Below the pieces are notes generated by a model that made no database searches, was not told the origin of the DNA, and saw only the letters and a program-made list of their open reading frames with translations. A program made the position numbers and the translations under genes. From Azolla caroliniana (taxonomy: Eukaryota; Plantae; Polypodiophyta), in assembly GCA_043228905.1 (NCBI GenBank), contig JBHGNT010000114.1, forward strand, positions 1 through 64,000: DNA of 64,000 bases. The letters are read 5' to 3'. This document shows, piece after piece, positions 37,352-46,617 of this stretch (the stretch's first letter is position 1; each line of letters starts with the position of its first letter).

Positions 37352-39384
37352 ATTCTCACTTGGGACAAGAGTTCCCTCTTGTTCCTTTCGTGATTTGCCG
37401 GCACCGTTAGGAATTGGACGGATTTCCCACCGTTTTGGCTCCGAATTCGCGCAAAAGCCGCACCGCTATCGAGCACCTTCGTCTCCATCCGTGATGCCAT
37501 GATAAAGGGTTGGCTGAGGATGAAGAAATGTGAAACCTCATCTTGCACGAAGAAATTTTGGTCGATCTCGACATCCCCGATCTTCACCGTCACATCCGGA
37601 CAAGCCGCAAATAGATCTTCCATTGCTTTGGTGGCCGCCCAAATCTTCCATCCATGGGTGGTGTTAATAGGCCACTTCCCCTTCCGGTGGAACTCCTTCG
37701 ACATCAAGTTGATCTCCGATCCGTGATCAATCAATGCTAGCATGGGTTCTTTGATGTTGCCGATTCGGACCGGAGTCTCCGTAGTCGCGCATGCCCAATG
37801 TGGCCTTGTATAGTGGGAGTTCGGAATTTCGTCCTCCACTTCGGTGTCGTTCATTAAAACGGTGTTCGCATTCACCCTTGGAGCATTTTCCTCCGTACTT
37901 TGTCTTTTTTGCTTCACGAGATCCACGAGAAGATCATGGAACTCCTTCTTTGCTATTCCGAGTAGCTCCCGAAGCGAGAAATCTACCCGGCTATCCAAGA
38001 TTCTTTCCTCGAACACTCTTTTCAAGTCGGTTTGTTGTTCTATGTCCGAGGCGAGCTTGAATGCCGGAGTCGCCTTTTCTTTTCCCTTACCTCCGGAGTT
38101 CCAGCTTTCCGGTATCTTCGATGGCCCGGCCGCATCCTCCATGCGTCGTCGTTTCTCGTCCACACACACCTCATGCAATTGACACAGGGCGTATACGCTA
38201 TTCTTGTTGACAGGGCACTCCCATCCCATAGCTTCCTGGACGCCTTCCGCGGTGCTTCGGATCTCGTTGGAGTCGGTTTTCTTGGTGTTTTCTAGAACTT
38301 CCGGCCAAAAAGACGTCTTTGCGCTTGATGACTCCCCGACACATATTCCCGCGGTTGTCGCATAGTTGCTTCTTGCCGCCAATTCCTCCTCGAGCACCTT
38401 CTTCATGCCGCCTTTCCGGAAGTTTGGTCGGAGTGGCTTCTGAGAGTCCATCGAATGAATCCGGTTTCCCTCGTAGTAGATGAGATCCCGTCGTAGCGCC
38501 TCCTTATGCTCGTCACAATCCCTCCGATCGTGTTCGGCGCAATCACACCATATGCACCGTCGGTCCGTATACTTGGAGCTTGTGGGGCGGTCATCCGACT
38601 TCTTCACCATCGCGACCTTCAGATTCTCCATCTCCTTCAATAGTTGCTCCCCCGTAGATGCATCAATCCCCTTCTCGGTTGTAGTCTCCCGAGCCCTCGG
38701 TTGATGGTCTTCCAATCCGGTTCTCGGTTTCGGAATCGGTTCTGAAACCCTCTTTTCCTCGTTGGCAAGCCATTGCCCCCTCTTCGTGTATCGTGCGACG
38801 ATATCCCGCACACTTTCCCATGTTTCGGTGAGCCCACTCTCCGTGGTCGTGTCCTCCAAGAGCACTCTGAGATCTTTCTGGTCCCGGACATCCACGGCTC
38901 GCAAGAACATGATCACCTTGTCCGGTACGAGGATAGCTTGATCTCTCGCGGACAACCTCCCGAACTGGCTTTCGAATGCCGAAAACACATCAACGACCTT
39001 CAATCCCTTGTCCGGCGTCTCCACCCAATCTTCGAATCCCCTTCGCGTCGCCTTGGAGGAATCCTTGATGGCGAACGTCCTCTTTAGCTCTTCTTCAAAC
39101 GCCTCCCATGTCAGATTTTGCTGTTGTAGCCCATGGATGCTTGCTTGAAGCCCGTCGGTCGCCACCCGGTTGAAGGACGTCACTTGCAGTCCTTCCGATA
39201 TTCCGCACCGTAGCATCTCCGCCTTGTAGTCCTGAAGATACCGCGACACGTCTTTCCCGTTGAATTGCCCGTTTCGTTGCACGAGCCGCTCCATTGATGC
39301 CGCTATCTCCGACATCGCGCGTTGTTCTTGTAGCATGCGCTCGAACATCATCATCATGTTGCTACCCTCCGGTTGATTGTCCAT
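37342..39384 (-). CDS. gag: G3 Gag-protease polyprotein (680 aa, open)
   Basis: FNGKDVSRYL gag motif, CIWCDCAEHDRRDC zinc knuckle, protease LIDHGSEIN. Ends MDF*. Confidence 0.9.
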   Translation of the reverse strand: MDNQPEGSNMMMMFERMLQEQRAMSEIAASMERLVQRNGQFNGKDVSRYLQDYKAEMLRCGISEGLQVTSFNRVATDGLQASIHGLQQQNLTWEAFEEELKRTFAIKDSSKATRRGFEDWVETPDKGLKVVDVFSAFESQFGRLSARDQAILVPDKVIMFLRAVDVRDQKDLRVLLEDTTTESGLTETWESVRDIVARYTKRGQWLANEEKRVSEPIPKPRTGLEDHQPRARETTTEKGIDASTGEQLLKEMENLKVAMVKKSDDRPTSSKYTDRRCIWCDCAEHDRRDCDEHKEALRRDLIYYEGNRIHSMDSQKPLRPNFRKGGMKKVLEEELAARSNYATTAGICVGESSSAKTSFWPEVLENTKKTDSNEIRSTAEGVQEAMGWECPVNKNSVYALCQLHEVCVDEKRRRMEDAAGPSKIPESWNSGGKGKEKATPAFKLASDIEQQTDLKRVFEERILDSRVDFSLRELLGIAKKEFHDLLVDLVKQKRQSTEENAPRVNANTVLMNDTEVEDEIPNSHYTRPHWACATTETPVRIGNIKEPMLALIDHGSEINLMSKEFHRKGKWPINTTHGWKIWAATKAMEDLFAACPDVTVKIGDVEIDQNFFVQDEVSHFFILSQPFIMASRMETKVLDSGAAFARIRSQNGGKSVQFLTVPANHERNKRELLSQVRMDF

Positions 39385-39401
39385 CTCCTTGCCACCCGGT
39401 C

Positions 39402-39419
39402 TTCACGTCGGGTTCACCA
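39402..39419 (-). promoter_or_regulatory. Primer-binding site complementary to tRNA-Trp
   Basis: Plus strand TTCACGTCGGGTTCACCA matches the 3' 18 nt of plant cytosolic tRNA-Trp (sequence recalled from memory). Confidence 0.85.
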
Positions 39420-40232
39420 ACTGTGTCGTGCCTTTGGGCTCCGGATCGTTGCGTGAGTCGGGTGGGAACCGCCGAGGTTTTGGACTAGGAGGAAGAGGAA
39501 TACAACTTAAGGGTAGTTATGAATAGTAGAAAGAGAAGTAAGATAGCAATCTCATGAATCCCACGAGTTTAGTGTATTTAAAACAATATTTAGATTATAA
39601 GAGTAATTTAGATGGCAAAATTCGTGGATCCCTCGAATATATTAGATTGATCAATCCTTGTATATTAATCAACAACCTTATACATATTTCTCTCCTCCTT
39701 ATATAAAGATGGAAGAGGCTAAGCATGGCTTCATGCTTTTTCACCAAAAGTGTCCATGCACACTAAATGTGCATGTGATGCTTTGTCATTTCCTAAATAT
39801 AGGGCTCATGCACGCTAGATGTGCATGAGTCACTTTTAATGTCACGTGTAAATAAAATATTCACACCCTAAAGAATACATGATTTTTACCTTTTAATAAA
39901 GGTATGTGTAAATAAAGGTCTTATACGTATTAAATCTATATGTATAACACTAAAGATAAGTTATTACAATGGTAAAGTTGAGGTTTATCTACGTGGAGGT
40001 GCAAGGTTCGAATCCTGCCCTATGCACGTGATATATTATTTATTTATTTATATGTATCTAAAATCGGATATATTATTCTATGGTTTTCACGTAGTGTGTG
40101 GAATACACTACGACAACGTAAGTGGTGTTCCTCGTCCTAAGGCAACGCCTGTTATAACGAGGACATAGAAAATCCTTCCTCCTCGTCCAACTCAAGTTGT
40201 AACACTCGCTCAATGACCATTTCGGCTGTTTG

Positions 40233-40264
40233 GATTGTGGGTTCGTGTCCCACTAGGCGTGCCA
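40233..40264 (-). promoter_or_regulatory. Extended 32-nt PBS: copy of the 3' part of a tRNA-Arg(UCU)-like primer
   Basis: Plus strand GATT-GTGGG-TTCGTGT-CCCAC-TAGGCGT-G-CCA reads as variable loop, perfect T-stem, 3' acceptor strand, discriminator and CCA. Confidence 0.88.
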
Positions 40265-42081
40265 AACCTGTTACCGATTAGGAACACTCTCTACGCTCAG
40301 TCCTTCAAGGTAGACCTCAAGGTGACCGTGTTACAAGGAATGAAACCGTCCTGTCGTAAATCGTAATGGGATACCACGTTGTATCCTGGCAGCGTATAAG
40401 GGACATGACTACAACCAAACTCCTTAGGAAGTGCACTAGTATCCGCACTTACGCTTACACACACTTACGATTAAACATTACGCACAGAGAAACAAGGTAC
40501 GCAACAGAGAAACAATGGACGGCCTCCCAAATAGCCATAGATATGCCCAAAGATAAGAGAAGATAGTATTCTATTAGAAAAACACAGCAACACTCTAAAT
40601 TACACGCTACCTCTTACAGAGGATTTCTTCCCTTTATATACACAGGGCATTTAGCCGTTCACGCTTCCCCCGTGAACGGTTACATTCACTTCTTAACGCT
40701 TTACTATATTATAATTTTTTGCACATCTGTCCGTCGGTTACGATTCCGGCGAACAACAATAAACACCTTGAGTAACGAGACACAACATACACTATATTAG
40801 CACCAATGATATTTTATACCATAGAAGGTAAAAAAGGAGAAATATAAACCATTACCGTGATATAATAATGTTTCTAATTGTACTTTCCATGCAAGCGGGG
40901 TGCTCAACTATGTCTGGACATAGAGTATCTAAACCTTTTCCTTTTAGACCCTTCATCAAACATGTTAGATTCTCTGAATGCAGCTTTAAGGCTGATAATT
41001 CCTCATCAATTTCATTATGAGAAGACCGCCATGTCTCTAGATCTTTCTTCTATGCTTCCAGATTTGTATGCATAGTTGTGAGCTCCTTCTTCAACTCCTC
41101 TTTTAACACATCACTTTTTGAATTTTGGATTGTTGATGCAATCCATTCGTATGTATTCGACATAGATGTGAATTGTTTCTCTGCTGTCATCTCACCAGAT
41201 GAAACTTCTTCCAAATCGGCCAGTTGTGCTTGCATTTTTGTTTGCATGGAAGCTATATAGTGCAACAATCGCTCTTCATGTTTTTCTGTCAATGTGGCTT
41301 TCTGTTTTGCAATTTGTTGAGTCAACATAGATGTCTGAGTTGGGATTTCAATATGAGTGGTACCCTCAGACTTCATGGTAGTGTTGGTACTTGAGGACCC
41401 TCTATAATGTGATGATTGATGATGAGCAAAATCTTCCAAATCACCTTCAATGCCACCATGGAGTTCACATTCAAATACACGTGCAAAGACAGATCCTACC
41501 TCATTGTTTAGGATATGTTTCGTATCATAAACTTGTTCATATTGTGACTTTAGTTCAGTGATATAATCCTTCTTCAATTGAGTGAGGTGGAAACCTCTCT
41601 GTGTCTCGGGTTTTGATGAGCCCCAAGTTTTCATCATCCACATGTCTAGGTCTTCATAAGTTTCAGGTTAGGCACGAAGGAAATAACCCCATCCCAACTC
41701 GAAGGATGTTTGTGTGAACCTTTTTGCCCTGAGTTGCTGAAAACTTCAACCTCCCTCTGGTGGGGGTCCTCTTACTTTCTTTGATGGGGGTCCTTTTTCT
41801 TTCCTTGCATGGTGTGATGACATTTTCAGTGACCATATTCTTCTTTGTGGGTGTCTTCCTTGTCATGTGAATCATGTCTCTCTTCTTCGCGTCACCTGCA
41901 CAACAATAGTAAATAACAGTAAATCATGCACAACAATAGTAAACCATATTAAATAATATACAATTCAAGGAGATGTCGGATATGAAACATAATGTTAACT
42001 CCCGATACTTAACATATACACATGTTGACCGACTCTCAAATTCAAGCATATGCATGTACAAAGCTCTTAAATGATCAAGGG

Positions 42082-42108
42082 ACAACAACAACAACAACAA
42101 CAACAACA
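42082..42108. repeat. (CAA)n microsatellite
   Basis: About 9 direct ACA/CAA units. Confidence 0.9.
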
Positions 42109-42737
42109 AAACCCTAAAGGATAATAACAGATAGAATCAAACATACAGATAAACATGTCCCAAACATCATTATGGTTGCAGATGTAAAAAAATAGATAGA
42201 AAATGACAAAAATAGATAAAATCAAACATACAAACATATGGTAAAACAAGTACCAAATGTCGTTGTTGAAGTCTTTGAAGAGGGGACGCGTTTGAAACAC
42301 ACCGGGTAGAGGGAACCAAGTAGAGGGAACACACCAGGTAGAGAAAACACTTGGAGGTAGAGGGAACACGACCAACAGAGCAGAGACCAACGTGAAGAGG
42401 ACACGGTGTGCATACCACACTTCAGAGAATGCTTGAGAGAGAGAACGTTGCTAGTTGAGGACAGCTCAATGTAACGAGGACATAGTACAGTGGTTGAGAG
42501 AGAGAATACCTGAGAGACAAGGCATAGTTAAAGACCTGATGTCGATGCAGCAAGGACACAGTACAACACCTGAGTGTACTGTTGTTGCAAAGAGGACACT
42601 ACAAGTAGGGAATGGGTTTAGGGTTTGCAGGGTGAGCAGAGAACGTGGAGAAACTTGTGTAGATGTTGGAAGAGAGAGAGGGAGGGAGGGAGGGGGATAC
42701 GAACGTAGTGAATAAATGAGTAGAAGGGGGAAGGAAG

Positions 42738-45700
42738 GACCCACCTGCATCCGATTGGCTTAACATCCTTCGATGTGTCAACTAGGGCCCAAGTCTCATT
42801 GACTGTTAAAGCGCACATCTCTTCCTCCATCGCGGCACGCGAATTTGCGTCCTTCGCCGCTTCTACGTAGCTCTCCGGCTCACGCACTTCCACCACTCAC
42901 GTCATGTATGCGTAATGATGGACCATGTACTCATTGTACCCGTATCTTTTTACAAGGTTCTTCTGGCGGGTAGATCAGCGTAATTCGTGATTACCCGATT
43001 TCACGACCTTTTCAGCTATAGTCGACCTCTTCCGTGGAGGTTCCTTATCAGTTTGCCCATAGTCAGACTTGCTCCGATCTGACTCGGTACTGCTGAAGTT
43101 GTATTTTGGCATTTTCTTCTTGCCCTTCTCATTACGCATAAACCGTCTCCTTGATTCTTTACGCGGGGACATCATAGCCGAGTCTCCACTACTCGTCGTC
43201 TCTTCAATAGGTTGGTCATTTCAGTTCAACCCTTCATTCGGCCCACTTAGCCGAAATGAGATCAGACTCTCTCTCGGAGCTTCGATTTCCTCATCATGCA
43301 GAGGCATCTCAGCCTCGCTGACTTCTTCCTCAGAATTCGAAATGGAGTCATGAGGTATTGGAGGTGAAGGCAGGTACCACGAAGCAGATTTGTCGAACAC
43401 GACATCTCAACTTATGCGTACTTCCTTTCTTCTGGGGTTATAACATTTATACCCCTTCTGCTCGTCTGGATAGCCGACTAAGATGCACTTTTCGGCTTTG
43501 GCATCCAGCTTCCTCCTCTTTTCCTTCGGCACATGCACATATGCAATGCTACCAAAAATCCTCAAGTGTGCCAAGTTTGGTTTCTTCCCGAAGTACAACT
43601 CATGTGGCGACACTCCTCCATTAACAGAAGTCCAATTCTGCAGGTAGACAACTGTCTTCACGACTTCAGCCCAATAGAATTTTGGCATATGCTTCTCTTC
43701 AAGCATTTCCCTGGCTGCTTCCTCGATTGTCCGATTCTTCCACTCGGCCACGCCGTTCTGCTGCGACGTGTATCTACACGAGAATTCACGTCGAATTCCC
43801 TCCTTGTATAGATAACTTGTGAACTGATCAGACTGTAGGCATTTTATCTTACACCTTGTTTCCCTTTCCACAAGGCTCTTCACCTTCAGGAAACATGCGC
43901 AGACTTCCCTCTTCTTCGCGATTGTGCATACCCACGTGTGCCGAGTGAAGTCGTCGATGAAGGTTACAAAGTAACGGCTTCCATCGAGACTCACGTTCTA
44001 TGCCGGTCCCCACACATCCGAGTGGATCAAAGCCAACAAACTTCGACTACGATTACGCTCATTGGGGAATGGAAGTCGGTACTGTTTTCCGATCTGACAG
44101 CCTTCACAAAGTTGGCCATTACGGCCTCTGAATTTCGGCAAGCAGAAAACAATGTTCTTCATCTGCATCTCACGAAGCCGTGGGAAATTTATATGGCCAA
44201 ACCGCTTGTGCCACAGGGCGATATCTGATTCGACCTTTTGTCCTTTCTTGTACAACGCGGTTCCGACTTGATTAGTGTCGAGGATGAACATCCTCCCTTC
44301 TCGGCGCCCTTGCACGATTACTTTGCCTTCCTCTTCTATGAAGCGAATCGAACCTACATTCCCTGATCGACGATCTAACCAACCGACAGCACGTTCATGA
44401 GTTTCCCTTTCTGCCCGACGTGGTTGAGGAGAACTTCATCAACATGTTCGATGGTATGCGGAGTGTCGTCGTCGGTTTCGACCACTCCTTGTGATTCCTG
44501 TTTCTCCAAGTACGAGAACCATTCCTCGTGACTCTTCATATGATTTGACGCTCCGGAATCAACATACCACACCTCGCTCGATTTCAAGGTGTTCATAGCT
44601 ATAGAATTGGCCTTCTGCTTCATTACGACGGATGGGCCTGATTTGTTTTTGGCTCGTTCAGAGCCTTCTGCGTAGTGCAATCTTTGACGCCTCGACCCAG
44701 CTTTGTCCGAATCGGCTCGCTTTTCCAGCACTCGCTCTCCTTGTGTCCTGTCTTGCCACAGTACCAGCCTTCCAACGCGGCCTTCTCTTGCCGACTTCAG
44801 GCGCCGCCATGACTCCCCATGCTTGTGGAGGGTCTGGAACTGTTGTCGGCATCTCGATTATGCCGCTTGTTCTGCTCTTGTCGGCCGCCTCCATTGCGCG
44901 TCGATCCGCTTCGTCCACCATAGCCATGGGGCCTATCTTCCTCTGTGTATAGTATCTTGCCGTCAGCATGCGTACTTGTCGACGCACCTGCGTGATTTTC
45001 CTCCACGAGCAACATTGACTGAAGCTCGAAGAACGAAGGCGTATTCTCCCTCGTAGAGACGGCCATTCGGAAGGCTCCGAACCTGGACGCTAGCCCACCA
45101 AGGCAAACCTGCACCATTTCATCTTCCTCAATGTTCACGTTGACAAAGGCGAGAGAATCGCAAATTTCCTTGATTCGGGATGTGTAATCAGCCATAGACA
45201 GATCTTTCTACCGAACATTGCTGAGCTCTTGCCTAAGCTGCCGCTTCCTGGCCGTTGTGCTTGCGACGAAAATATTTTTGAGATTCGCCCACATGTCCTT
45301 TGGTGTCTTAGCATCCCAAATATAGCTCAATTGTTGGTTGCTCACACAGGATGCAAAGCAGTAGAGAACTCTGCTTCCCGCTTGTTCCCAAGCCGGAAAA
45401 TCTCTGTGTGTCGAATCGGGTGCTACATCATTAGCTCCTTCGACATAACTCCAGTAGCCGTGACCGAGTAGGTACTGGTGCATCTTGTACGACCAAGATG
45501 CGTAGTTGCTGCTGTCAAGCTTTTCAGTCGGTAGCGAGCTTCCCATACCGCTGTCCATATTGTTGTCTTTTTCTTTTTTGAAAAACAAAACGAGGAACAA
45601 CTTCAACTCTATTTTGTCAAAAGCTTTTCTTGTCGGCTGCTGAGGACTTCAACCCTCGCGCTCTGATACTATGAAAGAATATGTGTGCAGAAGCGTGTGC

Positions 45701-46121
45701 ATAAACACAGAGTACACAGTTCGGAAATAAGACAGTTCGGTAAATGCAGAAAACACAGAGATGGAAAGACAAAGAGAGAGCAGAGAATTCAGTTCAATTT
45801 CAAAATAATGACTCCCTGTACATTCTTCATGCTTAGTGAGCACCTTTTAAACAAGTCCATATGAACTGACAGAAGTACTGAGATGTACTTCAATGCTCCT
45901 AACAGAGCTCTACACTAACTCCTGAAATATATTTCTACGCGGAATATCTTTCCAACGGCCTCGCGGTTTACGCACCTCTATGGCCTCTCGTTGCGTACAG
46001 GTTTGCATAATAGTTTACGCACCCGGTTTACGCACTAGTCCGGCCTAACCGATCGGTCCCAACCGATCCCATGCTCAGCTTGCACAGCCGATCTGGCCAA
46101 TGTTGAGCTTGTATCTCAATA
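42738..46121 (-). mobile_element. Copia element C2, 5' half (LTR 45672-46121, PBS, gag, PR, integrase, RT start), inverted
   Basis: PBS T(A)GTATCAGAGCG. ORFs 45208-45606, 44797-45195, WYVDSGAS, 43998-44315 and 43407-43994. Stops abruptly at KPIGCRWV. Confidence 0.93.
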
Positions 46122-46617
46122 AATACCTTCCTTGCTGACTCTATGTCCGAGGAGGGCCCTGCTTGTGACGCCGAATGCACATTTGGGTAGATTGAGGTTG
46201 AGATGTGCTAAGCGGCATCGTTCTAAGCATAATCATAAATCCCCTAAATGATCCGCTTGCGCACCATATATTGCAAAATCATCAAGGAAGACTTGCATGA
46301 ATGCTGGAATGTACTCACCCAAAATCTCAGTGATGATGCGTTGAAAAGTTGTAGGTGTCGTGTTAAGGCCGAACATGATTACTACAGTGATGCCATCCAA
46401 AAAACTATACATCTCGTGGCCTGTGACGACATCAAGTATGCTATCTGTGAACGGAAGGGGAAAGGCGTCTATGATCGTGCCCGCATTCAGTTTTTGTTAG
46501 TCGACGCAAACCCGGATTTTCCCGTTCTTGTTCAGTATGACTACAATCGGACTCAACCATGTCGCTTGCTTGACCAGCCTAACGAACCCGATTTTTAGGA
46601 GTTTATCGATTTCCTCT
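46122..46617 (-). pseudogene. pol: Host gypsy H, part 2: RT core inside the inversion (continues at 50163-50179)
   Basis: EEIDKLLKIGF..WLSPIV..KIRVCVD..FPLPFTD..FLDDF..VSKEGI on the minus strand. Confidence 0.9.

Larger units (their letters stand above)
33057..40115 (-). mobile_element. Young full-length gypsy element G3 (tRNA-Trp primed, 4-bp TSD), nested in G2 gag
   Basis: 692-bp LTRs at 33057-33748 and 39424-40115 with only 2 differences seen. Ends TGTCGT...ACGACA. TSD ACGT. PPT GAAGGGGGCGAG. Confidence 0.98.
25696..40758 (-). mobile_element. Gypsy element G2 (Athila/Tat-like, with extra 3' ORF), old and internally deleted
   Basis: 490-bp LTRs at 25696-26185 and 40269-40758, roughly 90% identical by eye. 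TSD ATAAA. tRNA-Arg-type PBS. Order gag-PR-RT-RH-INT-extra ORF. Confidence 0.96.
22842..41897 (-). pseudogene. Second, convergent multi-exon gene of the Sola-like element; unknown function, now disrupted
   Basis: Minus-strand exons with GT-AG borders at about 41897-40884, 25541-25494, 24551-24290, 24258-24182, 24105-24027, 23941-23861 and 23758-22842. Covers ORFs 41663-41875, 41050-41643, 24298-24645, 23381-23632 and 22842-23303. Gypsy G2 sits in one intron. Confidence 0.65.
11330..42737 (+). mobile_element. Large Sola2-like DNA transposon, main body (~11.3 kb once nested LTR elements are removed); right end displaced to 50180-50613 by an inversion
   Basis: Left terminus GGGTCGAGGCATGCTACAGTGTACCAA (11330) matches GGGTGAAAGCACACTACGGTGTACCAA (50180) at 21/27. 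4-bp TSD GGCA/GCCA. Removing it restores host RT NYTA|RVKEEIDKLL in frame. Confidence 0.85.

Noticed and set aside
34868-39087. Many plus-strand ORFs of 60-217 aa over G3
   Set aside because: Antisense shadows of GC-rich gag-pol codons with no independent motifs. The same applies to antisense ORFs over C1, C2 and G2.
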